From Heterodontus francisci (taxonomy: Eukaryota), in contig NC_090399.1 of NCBI RefSeq assembly GCF_036365525.1, positions 19,912,529-19,976,528 of the forward strand: a stretch of DNA of 64,000 nucleotides. The letters run 5' to 3'. Position 1 is the stretch's first letter, and each line of letters starts with the position of its first letter. Below are positions 37,412-49,001 of the stretch, one piece after another. A program made the translations under genes and the position numbers. The notes under the pieces were generated by a model. The model made no database searches and was not told the DNA's origin. It worked only from the letters and a program-made list of their open reading frames with translations.

Positions 37412-37870
37412 AACTCCCTCCATTTTATATGTAGTGGGGAAGCTCATTCTATTTCCTTTATAGACAGGGATCTCCCTCCATTTTATACATAGAAGGTTAT
37501 CTCCCTCCATTTTGTACGTCGGGGGTGGAGGGGGGTGGGGGCGGTGGTGGCGGGGAAGCTCGCTGCTTTTTATACATTGAGCAGGAGCCCCATCCATTTT
37601 ATATGTAGAAGGGGAGCTCCCTCCATTTTATATGTAGAGGGGTAGCACCCTCCATTTTATATGTAGAAGGGGAGCTCCCTGCATTTTATACATAGTGGTG
37701 GAGGTCCCTCCATTTCATACGTAGAGGGGGAGCCCCCTCCATTTTATATGTAGAGGGGGAGCTCCTCCATTTGATATGTAGTTCGGGAGCTCCCTCCATT
37801 TTATACATAGATGGCGAGTTCCATCCATTTTATACGTAGAGCGGGAGCTCCCTGCACTTTATATGTAGAC
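37412..37870. repeat. 29-bp minisatellite (CTCCCTCCATTTTATATGTAGARGGGGAG)n, ~14 diverged units
   Basis: Head-to-tail units, interrupted once by a G-rich insert at ~37520-37556. Confidence 0.9.
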
Positions 37871-38404
37871 AGGAAGAGTGAGTCAATGGTTATAACGTTA
37901 CCCTAGGGACTCCACACAGCCTTTCCCTATCTCCCTGCTTCCAACGTGTCTCAGCATATTCTGGCACGTCTCTCTCTCTCTGCTTCTGTCTCTATCCCTC
38001 ACTCTGTTCTCTCTCCGTTTCTATCTCTCCCTATCTCTCTGTTACTGTACTTCTGTTCGTCTCTCTCTGTCTATTACTCTCTCCCACCATGTTGGTTATC
38101 GTTAGGGGTCAAGTTACAACACAGACAAAATGAATACTTCACCTGTCTGCTCCGGCATAAATAGCACAATTTGTGGCTATTTTGTGTCTGCATTCAGGCA
38201 ATATAGACAGCAAAGTATATTATATGAGTGGAAACTGTAAGCATTACACTCAGTACACACAGCACCTTAATGTTGTAATAAGCTAATATAGATTCTATTC
38301 ATCCCACTGGGGCAAAATGTCACCGGATCAACATTCTCGTCAAGTACTAAAGCATTCCACACTGCAAAGCTCACAAATTCAAAACAGATTTCCTTTTTTA
38401 ATTC

Positions 38405-39760
38405 TCCCTGGTCTCTCCGTCTCTCTCACACGCCCAAACTCTCTTCAACTCTCTATCCCTCCATCTGGTTCTCTCTCTCTCTCCCTTTCTGTTTCTCTAT
38501 GCCTCCCTCTCTTCATCTCTCCCTCCCTCATTGTCTCTCTCTCTCTCTCCCTCTCTTTGTCTCTCCCTCTGTCTCTCTTCCTCTGTCTGTCTCTTTCTCT
38601 CCCTCTCTGTTTATCCCTCCCTCTCTCTCTGCTTCTATTTCTGTCTCTTTCTCTCCCTCTCTCTCTCTGTGCCTCCCTCTCTCTCCCTCTATCTATGTCT
38701 TTCTCTTTATCTCTGTCTCTGCCTATCTCTCTGTCTCAGCTGTTCTGTCTGTCTCGGTCTCTCCCTCACTCTTTGTCTCTGTCTCTCCCTCTATCTCTGA
38801 CTCTCCATCTATCCCTGGCTCACCCTCTCTCTGTCTTTCCCTCTCTCTGTCTGTCACTATCTCTCTCTCCCTCTCTGCCACTGCCTCTCTCCCACCCCCA
38901 CCCCTGTCTTTCCCCGTCTCTCCCTCTCTCTCTGTTTCCCTCTCTCTCTCTGTCCCTCTCTCTCTTTGTCTCTCCCTCTTTTTCTCCCTCTCACTGTTTC
39001 TTTCTCTGCCTCTGTCCATGACTCTGTCGGCATCTCACTCACATCATCCCTCACTCGCTCTCTGTCTCTCTCTGTCTCTCTCTCTCTCTCTCTGTCTTTC
39101 CCTGTCCCTCCCTCCCTCACTGTTTCCTCCTCTCTCTCTGTCTCTCTCTCTCGTCTCTCCCTCTCCCTCTTTGTCTCTCCCTCTTTCTCTACCTCTCATT
39201 CGCTCTTTCTCTGTCTTTGTCCATGACTCTGTTTGTGTGTGTCTCTCTCACCATCTCTTCCTCACTCTCTGTCTCTCTATCTCTCTGTCTGTCCCTCTCT
39301 CTCTCTATGCCTCTCAATCTCTCTCTGTCTCCATCTCTCTGCCTCTCTCTCTCTGCCTCTCTCTCTGTCCCCCTCTCTCCTTCTTTTACTCTGTCTCTCC
39401 CTATCTTTTTCTCTCCCTCTGTCCATGACTCTGTTTGTCTCTCTCGTACCATCTCTGCCTCTCTTGCTCTATCTGTCTCTCTGCCTCTCTCTCCGTCCCT
39501 CCTTCTCTTTCCCTTTGTTGCTGTCTGTTCCTATCCATCTATCCCTTCCCTCTATATCTCTCCCTCTCTCCTTGCAGTGCGCCAATAGTCACAGCCTGCC
39601 TACCTGTAAATGACCAATATATTCCCACTCCCTGTTCCCTGTCCATTAACTAGTTCTCAACCCATGTCAGTATATGCCCCCCTATCTCATGTGCTCTCTC
39701 TTTCTGTCTCTCTCTCCCTCTGTCTGTCTCTCTCCCCTTTCTCTATCTCTGTCTCTCTTT
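38405..39760. repeat. ~1.35-kb (CT)-rich polypyrimidine low-complexity tract
   Basis: Directly visible. The S/L-rich and E/R-rich ORFs called here are artefacts. Confidence 0.95.
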
Positions 39761-41409
39761 CAGTGCCCACTCGTCACAGTCTGCCAACCTGAAAATGACC
39801 CATTTATTCCTACTCTCTGCTTTATGTCCGTTGACCAGTTCACAATCCATGCCAGTATATTCCCTCACCCCACCCCCCCAATCCCATGTGCTCTAATTTT
39901 GTTTAATAATCTCTTGTCTGGGACCTTACTAAAAGCTTTCTGAAAATCTAGATCGACCACATCCATTGGTTCCCCCTTATCAAATCCGCTAGTTACATCC
40001 TCAAAAAACTGCAACAGGTTTGTTAAACATGATTTCCCTTTCATAAATCCATGTCTACTCTGCCCAATCCTACCATTATTTTCTAAGTGTCTACTTATCA
40101 CATCCTGGTCTTTCTAAATAGAGACATAGAGTATAAAATGAAGGTGGTTATGACAGACCTATGTAAAACACTGGTTTGGCCTCAACTGGAGTATTGTGAG
40201 GATATTGAGGCATTAGAGAGGGTGCAGAAAAGATTCACGAGCATGGTTCCAGGCATTAAGGACTTCAGTTACATGGATATATCAGAGAAGCCAGAGGAGA
40301 TTTGACAGAGACGTTCAAAATCATGAGGGGTCCAGACAGGTTACAAGGTTCGGACAGTTCTGGCAGTGCAGGGCCCGTTTATTCGAGGCAAAATACTATG
40401 GATGCTGGTAATCTGGAAACTGTCGAGCTGAATCACCAACTCTGTTTCTCTCTCCACAGATGTGGCCTGACCTGCTCAGTATTTCCAGCATTTTCGACTG
40501 GGATTTCATTGTCTGAGGAGGTGTCAATGGAACTAAACACTGTGTAATCATCAGTGAACATCCTCACTTCTGACCTTACAATGGAGGGAAGGTCAGTGTT
40601 GAAGCAGCTGAAGATGCTTGGGCTGAGGATGCTACCCTGAGGAACTCCTGCAGTGACGTCCTGGGGCTGAGATGATTGGCCTCCAACAACCACAATCATC
40701 TTCCTTTGTGTTCAGTATGACTCCAACCAGTGGAGAGTTTTCCCCCTGATTTCCACTGACTTCAATTTTACTCGGGTTCCTTGATGCCACACTCGGTCAA
40801 ATTCTACCTTGATGTTAAAGTCAGTCTCACTTACCAGTAGCAGGCAGGAATGAATCGTTCCCTTGAACCTGTTGTGTACTGAACATGCTCTGCTTCTTCA
40901 CAGTCTGATACAGGACTGTACACAGCCGATTAATGTAGCCCAGCAAACACTCCGAGAGCAGTTTCAGCACAGCTTAGGAACAGATATTTTCTCTCTCTGT
41001 CTTCCTCTCTCTGGCTCTCCCTCCTGCTATCTCTGAAAGTAGAAGAGAGAGAGGGAGAGATAGATAGATATGAAGGCAGTGATATATTAATTTGATGTAA
41101 TCCTTCATCGCTGTGTGCACAAACATACAAAAGATAGGTATTGAGAGAGAAGCATCAGGAGAGAGGGGAAAAATGTAGATGAAGTTGGGATCCAGGAGGC
41201 CACTTCTGATGATCCAGCAGGAGTACCTTCCATTTTAATCATCCAGCAAGATATTCCATTGTGGGAGCCAACAGGTCCTCATGATATTGGTTGTGTAAAT
41301 TTTAAAATGTATGCCCTCTGTTAGGAACGTCTGTGCGAAGGCAAATAGGTATTTCTTATCCACTCCATCGAGGCCTCACATAAATTCATCAAAGTGATTC
41401 TTGACAACG

Positions 41410-41880
41410 CAGCCGGCCGCTGACGTCTTCTGACACCGCCAACAGCGCACATGCGCAAACGGGCTCCTGCTCTCTGCGCGAGCACTGTGCGCCAGATTAC
41501 CAGGACTGGTTCCGCATGTGCAGATGACGTTAACGTGCGTTACCCGGGAAGAGAGCGTGGGGGACAGCGGCCAAACACCTTGGTGGCAACGGATGCGGGT
41601 GTGCTCTCCTCGTTCCCTACTCCACCTCCTCCCACCCGCTGTACAACTTCACCCACCTCCCCACACCCGCCGCCTACTAAAACGTCACTGTCTGCGACAT
41701 TCAGGCAGCTGCCAGGACTATAGATGGCGCTGCTCAAATAATCAGAGCAAGGCAACCTAAACACATGGCAGCACACAATGGCAGGAGAGAGCGGGCGGCG
41801 GAAGAGGAAAGAGGGTGGGTGCGGGGAGAGAGCGGGCAGGTGAAGCGGGAAATGGGTGGGGGAAGCGGGAAGAGGACCTT
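41410..41880. promoter_or_regulatory. CpG-rich segment with promoter-like motifs
   Basis: Locally high CpG content. TGACGT (CRE-like) twice, GCGCACATGCGCA (NRF1-like), AGATGGCG (YY1/CTCF-like). No associated gene identified. Confidence 0.35.
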
Positions 41881-44800
41881 TGATGGGTTGGATCTTGGCC
41901 TGCAGGCCATTTGCTGGACAACTCTGTTGCAAAAACTCTTACAATCTGTTTTTATGTTCCTGGCTAGTTTGATTTCATTCTATTTTCCCTTTTTAATCAA
42001 CATTTTGGTTGTCCTTTTCTGGTGTCTAAAACACCCCCAATCCTTAGGCTTACTACTATTCTTCAAAATATAGAAAGCTTTTTCTTTAAATCTAATGCTA
42101 TCTGTAACTTCCACAGTAAGTGACAGATAGAGCATCTACACTGAAATTTATTTTTAATAGAATATATTTTTGTTGAATTTTTAAATTGTTTAAAAAAATA
42201 TTTCCCATTGTTTATTTCCCACCATACCTTTTAGTCTATTTACCAAATCAACCTTAGACAGCTCTCCTGTCATACCTAAATAATTAGCTTTGTTTAAGTT
42301 TAGGATTCTTGGTTTGAACTCAAGTATGTCACTTTCAAACTTAATATGGAATTCAATTGTATTATGATCACTTTTTCACAAAGGATCTTTTACTATGAAA
42401 TTATTAGTAAACCATGCCTCAGTATGCAATACTAGATCTAAAATAGCTTTATCGCTAGTTGGTGCCACAATGTATTATTGCAGAAAACTGTCCTAAAAGC
42501 ATTCTATGAATTCATCTTCCAGACGACCCTTGCCAATTAGCCTCCACAGATTAAGCACGACGTTCATTGGTCGTTCCATACATTTTTTTCCTCAAATGAT
42601 TGATTCACTATTTGTTGCTAACATGGTTTACTGCACATTTAACCTGCGGACTATTTAGTATTTCATGCTTCATGGAATGGAGCTAAAGTTTCAGGATAGT
42701 GCGAATGCTTTCCCTCCAGTTTCACCAGACTGCGGCCATTGCTGAAATAGTTAAATTATGAGGGCATGTTGCATATATTAAACTTGTAGTCCATTGAATA
42801 TAGATTAAGTAGTGATCTAATTGAGGCATTTACAATGACAAAATAGTTAATAGGATAGCTAGAAAGAAACCATTTATTCTGGTGGGAAAGTGCAGAACAA
42901 TCGGATGTAACCTTAAAATTAGAGCTAAGCCGTTCAGGGGTGTTGTCAGAAGGATTACATTACACAAATGGCAGTGGAAATCGGACACTCACTCCACACA
43001 AAATCTGTCCAGGATGGGTCAATGGATAGTTCCAAACCTGAGAGTGATAGATCTCTATAAAGCACGAATATTAGGCGTCATGGAACAGGACAGGTAGATG
43101 AAGTTATGATACACATCAGTCATGATCGAATTGAATGGCAGAACAGGTTGGAGGAGCTGAATGGCCGAACTCCTCTTTTCTGTGCCCATTTATTTATTCT
43201 GCACATGTTTACGGAGTACAACTGCTGAACTTTACTGTCATTCTGCTGATTTCCCGGGTTTTTATGTTCTCCTGCTACAAAGAACAAATTCAAGCAAATA
43301 ATCAGGTCGTGGAAGTGACTTGCTTCGGGGCTTTGGTGGCATGGACAAAGCTACTTAGAAGCATCAAACGATGACATTCGCCCTCTTGGGGAAGAGAAAA
43401 CAGTGGCGGGAAGAAATTCAGGTTACAGGCGAATTTCAGGTCTCTTTGAAGTGTTACAATTGCATTAATGAGTGCCATCCTTCACCATTGGCGCTCTCAG
43501 CTGAGATCGCACAAAGACTTCGGAGAAATATGGATTAATACGGCTCAAAAATTTGAATCGAGCCCATTGCTCACCTGACTAATGATATGGATCCTCCAAG
43601 CACCATCTTTGCATTATTGCCTTTGAAAAAGATTCGCTATTAATGAGAGAATAGAATACCTGACACGATCAGCACGATTGAGCTTGTAAGTACTGCCAAG
43701 CGTTTTCATAGTTTTGCATGGAGACATGCCGAGGTGAGCTAGAGCACAGCTTAAATAGAGACTGAAAAGCTTCCTCTACTCTGCTGCATCCCATTTCTTC
43801 AGTTGAAATCTCAGAAGAGCAATACGTACTGCATCAATTTGATATTGTTTTACCCGCTAACTATCAGTACCAAGGCGTCTCTGAGTGGCACACATCCGCT
43901 CGCACCTCTCCCTTCACCCCGATCCCGTTCCAAATCCTCAACATCAAGTAAAGGCCACAAGTCAGGTGTGTGAGGGAATATAGACCAATCGACAGGATGG
44001 GTGCAGGAACTATACAACTCAAGAAGCTCGATCTCATCCAGGACAGAGCAGTTCCCTTCATTAGTGCCCATGCCCCTGAGCTCAGTGTCCTTCCCTCTGC
44101 AGCTGACACACGATGGTTCCTGAAAATACAGATTATCGGATGCACTGCAGCAAACCATCAAGTTTAATTCGACAGCACCTTCATCACCTGCAGCTTCTCC
44201 CACCATGAAGCACAAAAACCAAATGTCATTGGAACACCATCCTTTGTAAGTCAGACACCATTCTAGCTTAGATGTATGTCACCATTTGTTCAAGGTTGTT
44301 GTTTCTGTATTCTGGGATTCCCTTCCTGCCATCATCAGAAGGAGAGCAGCAGTTAAAATTGAAGGCTGGCCATCACATCCTCAGGGCTGCAAGGAATTGG
44401 CCAGACATGAAACCTTGCCAGCACAAGAAAACAAATCAATTACCGCACGGAAGAAATGAATTTCATAGAAATTGCAACACGAAAGCAGGTCGTTGGGGCA
44501 GATCAACCCATGTCTGTATTTGTCATCTACATAAGCAGTAGTTTTAATCATATCTGGTCGCATTACTCTAATATTACTTTATTCATTGGTCTTTAAACAT
44601 CATATCAAACCCGTTAAAGTTGTCACAGTCTCTGCTTCAATCAATAACTCCAAAAATCCAAGCCACAGCTTCACAATTCGAGGTGTCACTGAATTTCTTC
44701 TGTTTTCTGTCCTAAATCTCTTTCATTTACTCTCTATCTCTGTGTTCACTACTTATAAACCCATAAATCTATTCTACTCCAGGCTTTTATAACTGCAGCC

Positions 44801-45546
44801 ATCTCTATTAATTCAGCCTGAAATCTCTTCTCTTCTGATTGAAAACGAATTCATTTTTCATATTTGGATTTATTCATGTCCGACATCATCCTAACCAGTC
44901 TACCACGCTGTGTCCTCACTATTACATCCAATTTAGCCGACAGTGCTGAGCCCAAAACTACACAATCTACTGCAACTTTGCTCTCACGAATGTCTGATAG
45001 AGATTCACCACGAAATTTTGATACTTATATTCTGCAACACCTGCCATAAAACAAAATATTCCATTGTTTTTATGGTGGTCTGACTCTTGAGGTTATGATT
45101 TGGATAGATGCCCGATTGACAAAGGAGTTAAAGGTTATAGCAGGTAGACAGAAAGGTCGAGTTGAGGCCATAACCAGATCTGCCATGATCTTGTCAAATG
45201 GCGGCGCAGGCTCGAAGGAACGACAGGCCTACTCCTGCTAAAAATTCGTATTTCAATGTGTTTAACGATCTTTATTATTTGAACATGTCAAGGCGCTCTG
45301 CGATGTCACATCATTCTGCAGTCCCTCATTCAAAGTGCGTGGCAATTAATAACCGGATAAACAATTGTAACCAGAGATTCTGAAGGGGATGACTCTGCCT
45401 CCTCAACTTGTTCAAATGCTCAGTGGAATTTATGTGGACGCTTCCAAACTGTGGGATGTGTTGCCCTTAGAACTTTAAAAGACAATGTGCAAAGTTACAC
45501 CGAAAATGCCAGGTAATTAATTTTAGTTCGATTTCACTTACTTTAT

Positions 45547-46451
45547 TCAAAAACATTTAAATAATTTAACAATGAGATAATACGGATATTTCACCATATT
45601 TTTGATCTCCGCTCTGAATCTCCTCTGTGTCAGTGCATAAATACAAGTGTTAGTACAGGAGCTGGTGCACATCAACAGAAATGTGATTCTAATTGCCAAA
45701 TAAAGTGAGTTTGAACCTTGAAAAGTGACTGTCTGTGTGACACCGACGCAGATGTGTATTACGGTAATAGGGGCCGACAACACAATAAAAGTGCCCGAGA
45801 TAGCAAAGAGTAGAATGATGGATGTTCTTCTGTTCTTCATCTCGGGATCACTGCCGGTTTTTCCATTGTTGTTGCTCTTCAGGGCTTTGCGAGCTCTACT
45901 GGCTACTAAGATGTGCCTGACGGTCAGAGAGTTCAACAGCAGAAGCAAAGGAATTGGAAGTAATGCACTTGAGAGGTTGGTAATCCATTGATGGACCTTC
46001 CATGCGGGTGAAGTAAAATATCCTGTGACGGCGCGGCAGCCCCACTGTATATTGTTGAGAATATAATCGGGCTCATAGCGGAAAGGCATGGGAATATTGA
46101 TCAAAATGTTGAGTACACACACCGTCGTTAGAACCATGTTGGCTGTTCTTTCGGTGCAATATCTTGATTTCAGTTTCTGGCAACAAATTGTGACGAAGCG
46201 GTCAAAGGTGAAGGACATTGTAAACCAGATAGAGAGCTGAATGCTAAACCCTTGCATGAAGGCAGTAAAACGACACGCGGAAGTGTAGTTCAGCAATGAA
46301 TCTGGAAAATGATACTTGATGATTTGGCTCACAATAACATTAAAGATAAGGACCATGAGGTCTCCCACCGCCATGGCCATCATATAACGAGTAATTCCTT
46401 TGGAAAGACCGCATTTCCTTTGGAAAAGAATCAGAAATGACAGCAGGTTTG
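45547..46451 (-). CDS. GPR139/GPR142-like GPCR gene D, coding exon 2 (spliced product ~322 aa)
   Basis: Minus-strand acceptor TTTCTCCCAG|CA and intact TM1b-TM7 frame. The ORF-track extension to 46695 is intronic. Confidence 0.92.
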
Positions 46452-46755
46452 CTGGGAGAAATGCAAAAAACAGGAAATTTAACAAAATATTTGGCAGAGA
46501 AGCACATTGGCAGCAAGTTGGAAATTTGGTGTTAAGAATGACGAGACTGGGATTTGCGGGGGTGGGGTGGGGGCTGGGGGGAGCGGGGGTGGGGGGGGGG
46601 TGGGTAATTTTAGCCTTGTGTGACAGTGTAAAATAGCAGTATCTAATTGGCCATCCATTTTCTTTTCCATGGAAGTAATTGAAAGGGAATAACAAGCATA
46701 ATGTACAATGGGTGGTGAATTCATATTACTCATTTCACAATAAAGCTAAAGTTAA

Positions 46756-46998
46756 TAAAAACAAAAAGGTGCTGGAAATACTCAGCAGGTCTGGCAGCAT
46801 CTGTGGAGACAGAAGCAAAGTTAATGTTTCCGGTCAGTGACCTTTCATCAGAACACATCAGTTCTGAAGAAGGGTCAGTGACCTGAAGTGTTAACTTTGC
46901 TCCTGGCTCCACAGGTGCTGCCAGACCTGCTGAGTGTTTCCAGCACTTTTTGCTTTTATTTCAGTTTTCCAGAAGCTGCAGTATTTTGCTTTTATTTT
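46756..46998. repeat. Penelope-derived palindromic insertion in the intron of gene D
   Basis: Two inverted copies of the Penelope terminal repeat, flanked by AGCTAA(T)AGTTAA. The empty site is present in gene E at ~60170. Confidence 0.85.
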
Positions 46999-48755
46999 AG
47001 CTAATAGTTAACCTCGATTGTAATAAGGCGTCACACAGTAGCTTCTGTAAAGTTCGCCATCTCCTTGCCAGACATTATTTCCCTGTGATAATCTTATGTT
47101 TTCCTGATATGAAACAATCAATGGGAGCATTTTTAACATAACGTGCTGGGTCTGAAGCTCATGGATTCTGTTGGATGCTTGTTGTCCTGTGACTTCAATG
47201 GAGAAGAAAATCAAAGTTGCACCCAGTCCAGTCGTTTCTTACGGTTGGATAAGGTTAAAACATAAACATGTTACTTTCCTATTACTGATTAGTGCTGCTT
47301 ATTTCCCATTCAATGTAAATAGAAACATTGGAAACATTTTAACTTCCATTGCTGGGCAAAAAAACAACTGATAACAAATGGACCCTGCATTTTGCACCCC
47401 TTCCATCTTTCTTGCTTATTGACTTTAATATAACGTGGAAATTACTCCATACTTAAATAGCATTAGATTTAATTTAGTAGTGCGACAATTATGGCCAGCT
47501 GAACCAGTACTGAATTAAAAAAAAAAAATGAAATCACATCATTTTTTAAAAACGTCTCATAAAATAGATGGTTGGAAGAATGAGAAAAGGCAATATAAAA
47601 TAATGGGTGCAATTCTAAAGAATGTGCAGGAGCAGAGGGTCCAGCAGGTATATGTGCACTTTCGTTTACAGGGCAGGTTGAGAATGTGGTTAATAAGGTA
47701 TATGGATCCTAGGCTTTATAGATAGAGTTATCGAGTATCAACGTAAGGAAGCTATGTAGAACCATTATAAAACACTGGCTTGGTCTCAGCTGGAGTATTG
47801 AATCCAATTCCGGGCAGCATGCTTTAGGAATGATGTGGGGCATTGAAGAGGATGAAGACAAAATTTACAAGAATGGTTCTGGGGATGAAGGACTTCATTT
47901 ACATTGATAGATTGGCGATGCTGGGACTGTTCGGGTTGGAGAGGAGAAGGTTGAGAGGAGATTTGATGGAGGTGTTCTAAATCATGAGGGGAGTGGACAA
48001 AGTCGATAGGGAGAAACTGTTCCCACTGGCGGAAAAATGGAGAACCAGAGAACAACGATTTAAGGTGATTGGAACAAGACCCAGAGGCGACAGTGGGAAA
48101 AATATTAGGCAGCGAATGGTTAGGATCTGGAAGGTACTGTCTGGGAATGTGGTGGAGGTAGATTCAATTGTGGCTTTCAAAGGAGAATTCAATATTTATC
48201 TGAAGGTTAAAATGCCGGGCTCATGGGAAAAGAGAGATAATGGGACCTTCTGAACTGCTCTCACTGAGAACTGGCATGGACACGACCTGATGAATGGCTT
48301 CCTTCTCTGCTGTAACCATTCTATAATTCTGCAACATCGCAGCACTTCATCTATATTGCACCAAAATGGCAGCTTACAGTATTAACTCAACTCACTGAAA
48401 TGGGAGGTAACCTCAAGATATTCCAACTCAAAGGAGAGATTGCGACCGACTGAGCCACAGTTCAGTACTAAAGGCAAATGCATAGAGTCCATTTTCACTT
48501 TCGCCACCTGCTTTGTAATGTGGAGGCATTGACTGTCCGCCCAGTGAAATGGAAGCGGAACGATGCCATTAACATTAACACCAGTGGGGCCGAAAATTCT
48601 GACGAGCTCATCAATCAGCAAGCGATCTATTGTCGTATTTACATCCTGGTCAATGCAAATTATCGTTACAAAGGCAACAACAACAACAAAAGGGGAAATA
48701 GTAATGCAGTTTAGCAATGGTGCACTAAATTTCAGGATGGTTTGCAATTACTTAC

Positions 48756-48819
48756 CAGGCATACCAACAGCGGCAAGAATGAGGTGGAAAATTTCTATCG
48801 GAAGTGTTTGTCGTCCCAT
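48756..48819 (-). CDS. GPCR gene D, coding exon 1 (MGRQTLPIEIFHLILAAVGMP-)
   Basis: ATG at 48819, 21 codons + 1 nt, donor G|GTAAGT. Phase 1 matches exon 2. Confidence 0.9.
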
Positions 48820-48872
48820 ATTCTCCGAATACCAGGAGCGGTTGATACGAGGCAATGCACTGAAACAACCTC

Positions 48873-49001
48873 ATTTATACACGAGCCAATCGTCCAGTGA
48901 GAGAGTGAGGCCACAGAACCGGTGTCATTAGCTTTATGCTTTCGAACAAACAAGTTACTACATCTCTTCATAAACCAGCAATTAACGTGAACTCACCGAT
49001 C
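48873..49001 (-). promoter_or_regulatory. Putative promoter of gene D (TATA box, CCAAT box, conserved upstream blocks)
   Basis: TATAAAT at 48879-48873, CCAAT at 48886-48890, TGTTTGTT at 48952-48945, GATCGGTGAGTTCAC at 49001-48987. Conserved in genes A and E. Confidence 0.65.

Larger units (their letters stand above)
43320..48680. repeat. Right arm of the inverted duplication (partner 17755-23790)
   Basis: Reverse-complement collinearity across intron, exon 2 and 3' flank. Confidence 0.9.

Noticed and set aside
37412-37870. 29-bp partly palindromic repeats as a CRISPR array
   Set aside because: Units are contiguous with no unique spacers, there are no cas genes, and the context is vertebrate. 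It is a minisatellite.
38317-39653. Long S/L-rich and E/R-rich ORFs
   Set aside because: Artefacts of the CT low-complexity tract.
40835-40890. Minus-strand ATG...G|GTAAGT mini-exon as another receptor exon 1
   Set aside because: The peptide (MFSTQQVQGNDSFLPAT) lacks the hydrophobic GxP pattern and the promoter blocks, and no partner exon was found.
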